From assembly GCA_017499595.2 (NCBI GenBank), contig CM039005.1:806001-870000 (forward strand): a stretch of 64,000 bases of DNA, written 5' to 3'. The notes below the pieces were generated by a model, which did not search any database, was not told where the DNA came from, and was given only the letters and a program-made list of their open reading frames with translations. This document shows, one piece after another, positions 21,524-34,200 of the stretch. This DNA is from Psilocybe cubensis (lineage: Eukaryota). How positions within the stretch are numbered: position 1 is the first letter of the stretch; each line of letters opens with the position of its first letter. A program made the position numbers and the translations under genes.

Positions 21524-23718
21524 CGATGTCTTTCTACGTGCGAAACTGTTACTCTTGCTTTAGTCTTGCTCAATTGCTGGCTTAGATGTGGTTGGAAGGC
21601 CTGTTCGGCGTTGACGGCAGTTCTAATCTGGGCTGACGTTCCCTTTCCCACGACCTCTGAGGATTTAATACCAGGTTCGATTCCCGTTCAAGCAGGCAGC
21701 ATTTTTTGTTCTTATCCGAGTTTTCTTTGCAAGTTTTTCCCTACCAAATTGGCATGTCTATCCCATTCACTTGGAAATTTTATTTGTCTAGTTTTACTGA
21801 CAATCTGATCCCCCATCCTATGGTAAGCTTACCACCGCTCAATACATCAATTATTAATAACTCACACTAACACTGGGATGATGAACCATATAATAAGCGC
21901 GAACATCAGCAGATTGGTTTAATTTAGCTTCTCAACCCATCCCAACATATATTGGAAGGATGATTTGTTACCATCATGGCCATGAACCACTTGATTTGAG
22001 ATTTGCGCACATTTCAAAACAACAAGAGCCTGCCGTTTTCAGCCTTGACGAAAGTTTAAAGCATTATGCTCATATTGAGTCACAGAATCATCCTCGATCG
22101 GTCGTTATAAGCTTTGGATAAGATAGCGCTTGGCTATAAGTACAAGTTCTGTTCATCAGTCGATTCAATTAGGGGCCGCTCCGGCAATTATTACTAGCCG
22201 ACTCATCACGTGGTTATGAACAAAAGGCGGCCATGGCAGACTGGCAGTTCATCGCGAGCCACATTGGAGCAAAGTGGCACTGGCAAGTGGCAACTGCAAG
22301 CAATTGGCAAGAGCAAAGAGCAACGGCAAAGAAACCGCGGTTGTATTATTTGTTTGATCGACCATACTCAATGAGACATGGAAATATGTATGCATGGCCC
22401 ATGGGATCGGCTTCGTCATAAACTAGTCTGACATCTCCATGACGGCGGCGACCTCCTTCACCATACTACCACCATTATCAGCCACGAACGCTCCCGATCT
22501 GTATTCCTGTGCTGATTTTTGAAAGAAGGCGCAGTATTGAAACATCCTCCAAATACCCCGTCCCTCTTAATTGGCCTATAAATAGGTCTATCAGCTATAA
22601 TAAGGTGAGCATGCTGCCTTACGGTGGGATTCGATGAGCGCAAATGGACGTTTTCCTAACTTATTCTTAGGAAGTCAGTGAGGTCCTCTAGGACCCATCT
22701 GTTGCATCTGTCCAGGCAATCCGGCGGATTCAACGTTCCCACCCTAATAGTGATCATTCGGTGTTCGATCCAAATAGACCGGGTCAAATCGTCCGCCACT
22801 CACATTTGGGATTTCCTAGGCTGCGGACTCGGAGGCTCCGTAGACTCCTTTCAGCATTTATAGGGTGGGTACATTTTTACGCTTTGGAATTTGGAGCGTG
22901 TCTGACTTCACTTGAAATAAAGGGGAACTGGATTCCCTCGTTGCTGCGCGTTCATTCTTTATTCAATTCTTGCTGTTGGTCGATCCACTCGCCGCTTCTT
23001 TATTAAATCTGAAAGTAAGCACTGAAAAGAAGGGAAACCCTCAAACGTAAATTTGACCCCTGGATCACTTCTCTACTTCGATATCGTTCTCGTCACAGTT
23101 GACGATTACCACTACTACACTACATCCATCGTTGCTAGGAACGTCCCTCACAGCCATCGAACGGCTACTAGAAGACACGTATTCGACCACTAGACCACCC
23201 TCGACCGATATACCCATCCACTAGCTTAGATTGTCGCACGACTATCTTGTCTGCAACGGCTTGCAGTTTAGCTCATTCGTGAGTTTTTTGTCTGTGCAAT
23301 TCTGCAGCGACTGTCTGACACCGTCCCTTCTGTCGCACTTTGACTCACCTTTGTTCTTTGTCGCCATCTTTGGGATTGTCTTCTCGTGTGCCGCTACTGG
23401 CCTTTCGATTCCAGTTGACGACGATATCCAAAACGCTCTTCAGCCTCAATACAAATTGGGGTGGTAGACTCGGGAGCCTCATTTGCACTGGTACACATAC
23501 ATACATAACCGATCATAACTGTGTTACTGCCCACTGCCTCTTGATATTTCACCGTCTACGTCCTTTTTCACACCCGGTACACTTACCCGCCAGGAGCGCC
23601 ATATCATTCCAGTCATATTAACTCATTGCGGGCGTCCACACAAAATTGTACACGCTCGCCGTTTCCGCATCGACGGCTACTTCAATCCTTTAACCTAACC
23701 CCACATAGTTGATACTCA

Positions 23719-25054
23719 ATGGCTCCTCGACTCCGGGTTCTTGCAGGTACATCTCCTTCCTCGATGGTTCCCATAACACACCTCGTCAACACTCCACATT
23801 CACACCCTATCCGCTCGGACTTATTTGAAGGTGAATTGGTAGCGCAGATTCAGGGCATGACGGACGAGCAGGGAAAAGTACGCGAGTCTGAATATTTCAA
23901 GAGGGAAGATCGCAGCGGTGTTACATGGAGTATTGTTGTCCGAGGTGAGTTTGGTTTCTTTGCCTAATTTTGGTATTTCGAATTTGCACGATGTTCGAGT
24001 CGCGAGAAGGGGAGGGGGTTATTCGTGTGATTCCGTGTGCTGACTTTCGGTGTTATTTTACGTTGGGTTGTGTGAAGGCCGGTTCCTAGTACCCTATTCA
24101 GCGGACGACATTTTATTCGGAAACACATTCGATAGGCCTCTCAAGTTACCATGGGGAACAAGTGCGGTACTTAAATTCATGCAGTACGCTCATTTAATTT
24201 TTTTTTATCCATCTCTCTCCATCTCTGTATTTTTAACTTCAACTGATCTCCATTTCTATAGCTACATCGACCCAACTCTCGAACACGACCTCACATCTTC
24301 CACCAAGCCATGGGCACTTTCACCCCTAATATCGACCATGCCTCATTTCATGCACACGAGGATTCCACCTTCATCCTCCTCATGTATGCTACCCCCCTTC
24401 TCAGCGAACCAGTCCATCCAAGACAGGAACTCTGAGCTGTACCTCGCCCTCTCTGATGAGCTCGATGAGGGAGATTCTGCATCCAGCTCGTCAGGAACAT
24501 CATTCCGCTCTGCGTCCTCCTCCTCCGACAACGTCGCACCGGTAAGCCCGAGTCCCCTATCAGCCGCCAGATCCAGCTCGAAGGGATCCTCATCCGGCGG
24601 CTCGAGCTTCTCTGTCAAATCCGCCATGCGCAAAGTCAAACCGAAGCGCGCGCGGAGTACGCTTAGCACCGGGTCTTCTTCATCGTCCGAGCAAGGCGAA
24701 CGCCGTATGAAGCGTGAGCGGGAACTGCAGACGCTTCAGACAGCGTCGCAGCGGCGCAGCTACTTTGCGCAAAAAGCCCGCCGGCAGGATGTGGTCTTCG
24801 GCCCGGAGGATGTGATCACGACCGATTTTTGTTATGGGTTTATCAGTTTTGCGCCGACGTTAGCTCTGCAACTTCCCGGGGGATTGTCTTTTGACTTGAT
24901 GAAGTATTGGGACGGACAGCCGGTGCGGTTTGTTTGTTGTGAGCGGGTGCGGAAGGAGGAAGGAGGAGAAGATAGGAACGGAAAGGAGCCATGGGGAAGG
25001 ATGTTTTGGTGTGTAGCTATCGAGATTGTGGATGAGGATGAGGATGTTAATTGA
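23719..25054 (+). CDS. DUF1769-family protein
   Basis: Exons 23719-23944, 24078-24183 and 24262-25054 are in frame; MAPRLRVLAG, YFKREDR..TWSI, ILFGNTFDRPLKLPWG, TTDFCYGF, KYWDGQPVRFVCC. Confidence 0.85.
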
Positions 25055-25487
25055 GCTGGGGTGGACTAGTCTTGGATTCAAACATCTTATAACATTTGTA
25101 AGGGACACTGTCGGACTTATTGGATAAAAAATGTATTAATATACCCCACAAACTTGCGGTCCCAGGTAACTTTTGAAAGTTTCAAACGGAATGTCATAGA
25201 ACTCGGAAAATGAAATTTGGATAAACTGTCATTTAATTGTTAATCTGGATTGACAAATATCTCTACACAAACTACCCTGATGTTTGAAGCCCACACGACT
25301 CGGGCAAAGCCAAATGGTCGAAGTCGCCAATCATATACAGGTTTAGGGTTGCTGCCCGGTCTCACTGTGTTTGAGGTCACCATTTCAAAGTCAAGCGTAA
25401 GTAAATAGCTCAGATTTTCTTCTCCAGTTCTGACTTTTGCAGTAAACTTGGATTATTTGATCTTCAAATAGAATACCCGACGAAACC

Positions 25488-25815
25488 ATGGGCCTGCAAA
25501 ACGACTCAACGAATTCGTCGAGCACAATAAATGTCCACCTGATAGTGTGGTTCTTCAATTCAAAGCATTGCTTCAGGCGTCATAAATACAAATTCAAACG
25601 ATAAACGCCCAAGTAAAGCGTCTTAAAGCTAAATTAGCCGAACTCGAGGGAATTCTGCACACTATTTTCGATCAATGCTTGCCCTGCAATTGCAACTCTT
25701 CCGACATGACATCTACAGAGGCACCCATGCTTCTCAGTCGAATACGTAGTAGCTGGGGATCAGCTTCTCTGCCTCTATGGTCGTAATTGTACGTTCCATT
25801 TCGCATCGCAGCCTG
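25488..25815 (+). pseudogene. Truncated, degenerate duplicate of the 5' part of the neighbouring F-box gene
   Basis: Aligns by eye to 26178-26565 (ACCATGGGCCTGCAA.., TGTCCACCTGAT, ACAGAGGC.CCCATGCTTCTCA); carries a frameshift, a stop and an internal deletion. Confidence 0.8.
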
Positions 25816-26177
25816 AGATGCAATGAGATCGTCATCGCTGAATACGACAACGTTTAACGGCCAAATAACAACAGGAGAGCAAGCGCACTAGGCACACAGC
25901 TTCAGGTCTTCTTCCTCGTGCTTGCATAGGACTTTATGTACATCATCTTGCCATTTGTACATTTCTTCGAACTTCACACGCATCGGGTGATGCCAGGTGT
26001 CGGCGCCAATTACGAATTACACATGGCATCCCTAGACTCTTACCATCATCACGATTGTTAAGGTTGCTTTGTAAGTCCCACGTAAGTAAACATCTTATTA
26101 CTTTTCTTCTTCTTCAGTCGAGGCTTATTGTACATCGGTTGAATCAACAGGAATTCAAACTGGAAACACCCGGAACC

Positions 26178-27941
26178 ATGGGCCTGCAACAACAACTCGA
26201 CGAATTTATCGAAGATAATGAGTGTCCACCTGATGATGTGGTTTTACATGTCAAAGTACTGCGTCAGGCGCCATTAAAACGAATTCAAGCGATAAACGCT
26301 GAAATAAAGCGTCTTGAAGAAGAACGAGCTGGACTCGAAGGAACGATGAAGCAATACGACCGTATATTGGCCCCAATCAGACGAATTCCATCCGAAATTT
26401 TACGTACCATTTTTGAGCATTGTTTGCCCACCAATCGGAACCCTTCTATGGATGCTACAGAGGCTCCCATGCTTCTCACTCGAATATGCAGTAGCTGGAG
26501 ATCAGCTGCAATGACCTCTCCGCGGTTGTGGTCGCGGTTGTATATCCCATTTCTTATCAGTGCCGAGGCAAAGTGCCTCTCTGCTTGCGAACCAAGTGTC
26601 CCGTTGGACAAGCTGATCAAGACTCTTGAACTTCGGTGTCGCGCTGTTGGGGACTGGCTTTCCAGATCGGGTGACCAGGCGTTGTCCATTTCAGTTTGCT
26701 ACGGGCAAAACGCACGTACTGTCAAATCAGATATAAACCAGATCGACGGACCAAGCACATTGCTTTTTGGTACGCTATTGAAATTCTCATCTAGATGGAA
26801 ACATCTGCAGCTTTCTGTTCCGGAAGGCATTTATCATACACTTGAGGTCATGCTATCGGGACATTCTCTTCCTTTATTGGTGGATCTCTCGGCCGTGGTA
26901 TATCACTGTATGTGGTATACCTATCGACCCAGCGACGAAAACCCGCCGACAGTGCTCCTTAGAGCACCCAACCTAAAGCGAATCTTTATGGACGGTATAA
27001 CGTATACCGATTGGATCCACCCCACTACCAATATGACATTTCATTCCCCAGGCATCACCCATCTAACATTATCTCAGTGTACTGTAAATGATTGTATCAT
27101 TCTTCTCCAACGACACCCACAGCTTGTCTATTGCGAAATCACCATCCACAATTTTATCAGGCGGAACGCCGCTCGCTTGTTTATCCCATTAACAATCTAT
27201 CTACCCCAGCTCCTTTCGCTACGGATAGGCGGCCCAAGCTATCCTAAAAATCTGGGAGAGGTCCTCTATAATGTTATTATTGCTCCAAAGCTGAGATATT
27301 TTGGATATTACAACTCCTTCATACACACGATCAATGGTGCACCAGATAGTCGATACTCTATACCGGTCCACTTCATCGAGGGTTTGATTGGCTTGGAAAA
27401 GCTACAACTGCAACGACTATCCTTTTTCGTACCCAATTTTCTGGCCATCATCAAGGCAGCTTCTAATACACTGATTCATCTCTCCCTTTGTGACGATCGT
27501 TTTCGGGGGTGTGAATCACCCATAATAAATTTGGTGTCACACTGGGACCCATTCGACTTGGAAAACCTGATTGTTGGAAATTTCCCGGATGGCAATATGC
27601 AAACACTACTTCCGTCTCTTGAAGTGTTCGAGCTTGATCATACAGAGGTATCCGATGACATCGTCCTTCGGTTTGTCACCAGTCGGATGAAACCGCAATC
27701 GCCTATTGCTGTCATCAAGAAGGTGGTTATCCAGTTTAACCGACTGAAAGACGAGAATGGTTATGACCTGTCGGAAGAAATCAGAGCTAGGGCAGACGAG
27801 GCGGGCGTTCAGGTGGAGACGACTTTCCACTATGCGTTGTCGACATTGCAGGTGGAAAAGAAGAATAATTTTTTATCGCCGTCGTACCAAGACAAAGAGT
27901 GTCATGCACTGCTACCGAAGACTCTGGAATGGGAAGAATAG
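26178..27941 (+). CDS. Agaricomycete F-box-like protein (coiled coil + F-box + LRR-like region), 587 aa
   Basis: Single ORF containing ILAPIRRIPSEILRTIFEHCLP..APMLLTRICSSWRSAAMTSPRLWSRL and WLSRSG. Confidence 0.9.
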   Translation: MGLQQQLDEFIEDNECPPDDVVLHVKVLRQAPLKRIQAINAEIKRLEEERAGLEGTMKQYDRILAPIRRIPSEILRTIFEHCLPTNRNPSMDATEAPMLLTRICSSWRSAAMTSPRLWSRLYIPFLISAEAKCLSACEPSVPLDKLIKTLELRCRAVGDWLSRSGDQALSISVCYGQNARTVKSDINQIDGPSTLLFGTLLKFSSRWKHLQLSVPEGIYHTLEVMLSGHSLPLLVDLSAVVYHCMWYTYRPSDENPPTVLLRAPNLKRIFMDGITYTDWIHPTTNMTFHSPGITHLTLSQCTVNDCIILLQRHPQLVYCEITIHNFIRRNAARLFIPLTIYLPQLLSLRIGGPSYPKNLGEVLYNVIIAPKLRYFGYYNSFIHTINGAPDSRYSIPVHFIEGLIGLEKLQLQRLSFFVPNFLAIIKAASNTLIHLSLCDDRFRGCESPIINLVSHWDPFDLENLIVGNFPDGNMQTLLPSLEVFELDHTEVSDDIVLRFVTSRMKPQSPIAVIKKVVIQFNRLKDENGYDLSEEIRARADEAGVQVETTFHYALSTLQVEKKNNFLSPSYQDKECHALLPKTLEWEE

Positions 27942-28168
27942 CTGTAGCTCTACATGATCTAATGTACAATCCAAGTTCCAAAGTGTAATTGGAAGCAACT
28001 CACGATTTTTTAACTTCGTGCTTTGCGCCAATTTTCCCGCTGCGTTGAGGAAAAAAAAACATCACAGCCGCATGGCACAAGTCTTGAGTTGTTAACTCGG
28101 CGAAACTGATGTTGCTATCGAACCTCAGGACAATCTTCTGAGCTGCCAATTATTTTGTCGACGTCGTC

Positions 28169-28240
28169 GGTCTTGTAGTGTAGCGGTTATCACACGGGAT
28201 TCTGATTCCCGTAACCCCGATTCGAATTCGGGCAGGACCT
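28169..28240 (+). tRNA. tRNA-Gln (anticodon CTG), intronless, with A53-U61 in the T-stem
   Basis: Acceptor stem GGTCTTG/CAGGACC, D-arm GTG..CAC, anticodon arm CGGGA-TTCTGAT-TCCCG, T-arm CCCGA-TTCGAAT-TCGGG; T6 run about 47 nt downstream. Confidence 0.93.
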
Positions 28241-28942
28241 GTTCATCAATTTGCATTAAGTACTAATCCATTCCGAATGGCAACAATTTTTTGCAGTAGA
28301 ACAATCCAACTCGCGAATCTGAGTTAATACTAATTGGACGATACATCGCAAATCAGCGGTTGAAAGGAGCCAACCATTTTAGATGACGCTGAAGCTTTTG
28401 GGAACATATATCTATGAGTTGATTTGGAGGGGTTCTGTGTGAGACAGGTTCAATGATTGATGTTACGTTCATCAGGGATTCAAAAAATGAAAAAGACTAG
28501 AATATCAGTGGCCTTCCGCGAACGTGCGAGGGTGACCTTATTGCAGTTAATATATGGCCTTAAAGTGGTTAAGTACAAGTGGCCACCGGTTAGCGATCCA
28601 CGATCCATCAGGCATAGAATGGCAAAGTCCGAATGTGGGCGTCTATTCGGTTGGGCTCTGGAAATAGCTTGTGTACTACGCTCATATTTGTATCGGGACT
28701 TGTTTTTATGCTATCTGATATGTAGTTTCTGTTCTCTTCAGAATAAATGATGGCTATTAGTCCTCTAGTGCAGGGCTGGACGCCACAACTTGGGACAGTC
28801 CTTCGGGTCCAGAGGATATGGTACAACTCTTGAAAACTATAAAATCGCGGTCAATACTACTCTTTCCTTATTCCAGTATCCCCAAGGTCTTCCAGCGCTC
28901 TTCCAATCATTACACTCATTGACACCGTACTTGATCAGCAAT

Positions 28943-29497
28943 ATGTTCAAACATTCCTTTTTCACCTTGTCGCTCTTTATTCTTCAAATACTGAGTGCTG
29001 GAGTCATCCAAGCGCTCGGAGCACCAAATGTCCTTCGGGGTAGAACAGCCGAACGTGCAAAAGGTATGATATGAATTGGGAAAAGCTTAAACACCTTCGC
29101 TGACGGTAGATTCTATTTTCAAGTACCGGCCTCCAACAAAGTAGGAGGAGGATATGACGAAGAGTCTTCTGCCTCGCCTCCATGTCAGAATATCTCATTG
29201 TGTCCCATCGTCGAACAGAGAGATGACTCAAAAGGCAACGCTGCACTCGAAAGTACGCTCAACGATGTAGGAATTATGGATGAAAAGTCTCTTAAGCCGC
29301 GGATGACACGTCAGAAGGACATTGAGTCTCAGCGTAGGAAACTCCCCGACAAGAAAGGCGACGGCTCGGAGCCTGATGACGAAAAACCGGACTCGAAACC
29401 TATGAGGCATAAGGATAAGAAGTATGGAAACGAGAAGCCTGAGGAAAAGAATGCTGTTCTTTTTGACGTCCAAGTGACCAGAGAACAAGCGCATTAA
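28943..29497 (+). CDS. Putative small secreted, charged low-complexity protein (exon structure unresolved)
   Basis: TATAAAA at ~28838, signal-peptide-like MFKHSFFTLSLFILQILSAGVIQALG, intron 29064-29109, downstream K/D/E-rich ORF 29198-29497. Confidence 0.45.
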
Positions 29498-31255
29498 GAC
29501 TCCCAGGAACCTGCTACCACAACAAAGCAGCCTGATTCTGGAGGTTGTTTTATCCAGGATGGTAGAACTAGAAACTGGAGCTGATGAAGGGCGACGGTGG
29601 GACGTACATCAACATTAACTGTATTCATTCGCTAGCTATTTCTCGATTTAGTGTTTCATTCTTTCTACCCGTAGTCCTATAGGTTTTGATGTGGTCATCT
29701 TTCGTTCGTATGTGGTAAATTACACGCTCGTTTTGTTTTGATATTCAATGGTTTTGTTGATTGTATGAATTTCATTAATTATATACTTGGTTTTCACCTT
29801 ACGGTCTTGTCTTTTTTTGTGAACGAATCCGCCTATGTGCCACACAGCCGTTGAGCTGCGGAGGAGTAGGATTGAAGTGGGTAAATGGCCAACGGCATCA
29901 ATAGCTAGATAACTGATCTGTGACGACGGCTTCTTACTTACCTTGGTCGGGTGGGTATTGAGGTCGTAAATGACGACAGGCTCGAGACGGCATGGAAGGA
30001 TTGTTGAGCCGCATAGCCCTTCAACTCGTTTTGATGTTATGATATAATTTGACTGGGTTATAGGTGTAGAATGGAAGAGAAATAGGTGGGGCAGGCAAAG
30101 AGTTGATGCAGGTCCAAGGTATGTCTAGTGAGCTACAATTCAATTTGTGCAACGGCGATTGGATGAGCCAGCAGCCCTTTTACGCAGGAAACTTGGTCAT
30201 TCACTGGTCATAGCACTGGAGCTGCGGTATGTTGATTGTACTAGGCTTGGAAGTGTTCCGATGAATGCACGACTCTGCCTCGTTGGACTGTGCCGCGAAG
30301 TCTATTTTTGCTGACCAGGAGCACTTACGTCATTATCTGGGTGATGTCACCAAAAGGCGGGGATGATCCGTGTGCGAGTACTGTGTTTTCTGGAGGAGGA
30401 GGGGAACGGGACAAAGACATAAAACATATGGAACGCCGTTGTTGTTGAAGTAGTGGTTGCGGGCGAAACGGCAGGAAAGGGAAGTCGGCGTTGACTGAGT
30501 TTCAAAATGGAAAATGCGCGTTGAGCACAAGTCCTCTTTGATCGGGGCCATCACCGGCTGTGTTTTGTATTTTGTATGTTAGAGAAAGGACGCCCGCTTC
30601 TCACCCTGGATCCATGCCGAGTCTGCAATAATTGCTCGGAATTGTACTTTTGTGCGTCCTTTTGCTTCAAGACCCTGCTTATGTCTTGAAGCTGACCGAC
30701 ACACCACCGCAAAGACCGCGTAACGAGCGTTCGTTTTCTCCTTTTCTTTCATCTCAACCAGCGACCCACCTTTCGCCCACCGACTATCACACGTCTTTGT
30801 CATTCTGCGCCGCGGTTGAGTCAGCGGAGGAGGCACAGTCGGCGTCCCCACACGGGCTACAAGGTGAGTTGAACCTTGGTTCACACATTGCGTTCTGCAA
30901 GTACTGTATTCAAGTGCTCCAGGTTTGATTTCCAGTGCTAATTTTGCTATACTCCAATCAGTTTATTTTCGACAGAGACAAAGTCCGCGCCGGTGCCCTA
31001 TCTGCGCCAACCTCGAGGCGTGCTTGTTCTAAACCAATTCTGAACTGCCATATACATTCCTGGTCCCCCATTCCCCCGATTCCCACATTACATCGTGAGC
31101 TCCCCCGGCTTCGCTGCACCTGCATTCAGAAAGCAGTTGATTGTTTAATTGGCGTCATTCGGCTTGCTTTGGCCTTTTGACTGCTTTCATCTTGAACGTC
31201 AAAACAAACTACAATCGCTCAAACGAGTCCACGGCCCCTTCAACACAACCTGTGC

Positions 31256-34200
31256 ATGGAGGTCTCAGCGATACAGCCTGTGGTGTCGCCTGTGCCTAGC
31301 GCTCATAACGGACGCCCTCAGAACAAGGTCAGTCACTTTTTCCCAACCGTTATTTGGACATGCACCGATCGTTGCGTTCAACTTTGTCTTTGTGCTTACT
31401 AACTGCTATGTTGCTTGTGTAGACCCGTGGCTCCAGCACACATACGAACAAGCTTTCCTTTTCCCAAACGATCTCGTCACTCAAGGGCATCATTCGGATA
31501 CCGAACCGCAGGAAGCTTTCCACACCCCGCACCCACTTCCACTCTCAGTCGCAAGACGATGCGGACAGCACCAAGTCCACCTCCAACCCCCATTTCACCT
31601 CCAGACCGCGGCCCACGCACGGCCTCTCGCACTCGCTCGACACGCAGGCCCACCTGCACTCGCGCACGCGGAGCACGGGTACTGCTGCGTCCGATGGGAG
31701 TGGAGATATCGACGGCATTATCTCTGATACTGAAGACTACGATAAACAACAAAGGCGGAGGAGCAACATCAAGAATGACCCGTATGCGCGGTTCTCGCGC
31801 ACGGCAGAGGGCCTGAACTATACTTACAAGCCATATATGTCCCAGCCGATGCTCGGCGCTGAGCTCTCCCGGGGCACTGGCGGGGATGAGTTGGTCACTG
31901 GTTATGATTCGGAGTCTGGCTCTGCTTCAGGGTCGGGATATGGAGGGGGTGGTCGTTCGCCTGTTGGGACCGGTGAGGGTGGAGGGAGGCGCAGCGGAGA
32001 GCACCATCAACAGCATGCTCCTTCAGGGTTTTCGGCAACTTCACCACTAGCGCTGCCACCCCCATCGCCCTCTCCGACTCCAGTCTCATTGTCATCTCCT
32101 ACTGCTACCCACCCGGCGACGGAGGTAGCGTTTTCTTCGGGTGGAAAAGTGGAAGATACGTTAATCCAAGTGCAGCACGGCGATCAGGGAGATGAGGGGG
32201 AGAAGGAGGGGCATATTAATGATCTCTATGATGGCAAAGCTGGATGTTCTCTTAACAACGCCGCACCTAGCGACACGAACACGGACACGAACACAAACAC
32301 GAACATTGGTACTACTGCTAATACTGCACAATCTACGACTCCAGCTCAAATTTCATCGTCTACATCTACACCTACGTCAACTATTCAAACTAATTCACAT
32401 GCCCGCTCCAACTCACCCTTGCCATTATTACCTCTACCTGATGGACCCTCTTCGTCGACGTCTGCGTCTACACCCGGAGCAGCATTGCGCCCGCGTAGCA
32501 GCAACGGCAGCGGTAGAACACCTGCACCCAGACGTGCATTACCGCCTCCACCACCTGAATCACCAATATCTGCATCATCTTCTGCGTCAGCCGCCCCAGA
32601 GGAACAGCATGTTGCGGCTAGAGCCATTCCATCCCAGTCTGAGCCCAGCTACACTGGTAATGGCGATACCGACGATCGGAGCCCTCCGATAGACCCGCTA
32701 GCCACCCCGCGCCCCGCGTACTCGACCTCATACACACGCTTCGCGCACACCGAGTCTCCGCCGTCGTTTCCGACACCGTTGCCCATCGTCACTCTCACCA
32801 CCCCGTCGTCGCCCACCACTCCTTACACTCACACTCCCCCCCATCTGTCGGCAGTTGACCGGCCCGCGATATTATCGTCTTCACTATCTTCGTCCTCTGC
32901 CACATCCACTTCGACAGTCACTTCGGCGACGTCGTGGAGGACGGTTACTGAATCTATGGGGTCTATGAATGCCACTTCCGCAAATAATAATAATAATAAT
33001 AATGGCAACAGCAACGACAAACCGAAACCGAAACGTCCGCCGCCGAACCACCGGTTCAGCATGACGTTCATGAGCAGCATGAGCTCGGGCGCGGCGCCGC
33101 CTGTATTACCTGTGCTACAGCTGCCAGGGATCAGGTCGTTCTCATCTTCGTCGGCATCGGCACAGAGGAGCAGGAACGACACGGGGCCACACTCGCCTGG
33201 AAGTGCATCGAGCGGCGAGGGCGAGGGCGGCTCGCCGGGTAAGAAGTTGAGCGAGATGCCGGCGCTGCCGTTGAAGGGCACGGGCCGCGGGGTGCGGGGG
33301 CACGAGGAGGTGGACGATCTCGAAGATGACGACGAGGACGGTGATGAGGAGGAAGATGAGGAGGAAGATGAGAATGCACAGTACCGCGGCCACGCATTTT
33401 TGGATGCGAGCGTCGAAGTGCCGTCGCGCACGAGCTTTAGCAGCGAGATGACCAGCGGGAGCAGTGAGGTTGGTGATGGAGATTATTCACATTCGTCGTC
33501 GTATTTTGTGGAGAGGGATGGGGATAGGACGTTTGATTCGGCTTGGGGCTCTGGTGGATCGAGTGCGAGTGAGACGATGGCGACTGTCGGCTCGAGCTCG
33601 TCAGCGCGCTCTCTGGGTATGGGTATGGGTAGCAGCTTGAGCGAGTCGAGCTCGGCATCAGGGTCGAGCTCTAGTTGGGGTTATCATTTGCACTTGCAGC
33701 AGCAGCAGCATCGCCAACAACAACAACAACTGCAGCAGCAGCAGCGAATCGTGTATGCAGAGCAGGACGAGGAGGAGGAAGATCCAAATGCCGATGCGAA
33801 GAGTACAGGGTCGCGCACGTCGTCGTACAAGACGGCGCTGGGTTCGATGCCGCCGTCGCCTGCTGCTCTACCCCCCGTCCCTCTTCCATTGCCACATTCA
33901 ATTCAGTCCCCTCAACATCAGGCGCAGTCGATATCCAAGTCAAAACATCTCCCTTCGATAGCAACGTCTTCTTCACAGTCCAGCGTACACCAGCAACAGC
34001 GCAAACAATCTCCGTTGGAAACGTACTTTGGCGACCCGACACGTCCGTCGGAGAAACGTTTCTCGCGCACGCCGCATCTCCCACCTGTAGAGACGTCCAA
34101 GCTCGATTTGGATTTCTCGTTCTTGGATCGGGATCCGTCGGAGAGCAGTAGCAGCAGTGGTAGCCTGGCAAAGGGGAAAGGAAAGGGAAAGAGTAGAGGC

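Noticed and set aside
21671-21708. GGTTCGATTCCC B-box-like motif followed by a T run
   Set aside because: No A-box, cloverleaf or well-paired T-stem; at most a tRNA/SINE relic.
22230-22332. GGCAA/GCAA-rich degenerate repeat
   Set aside because: Irregular period and no clear unit.
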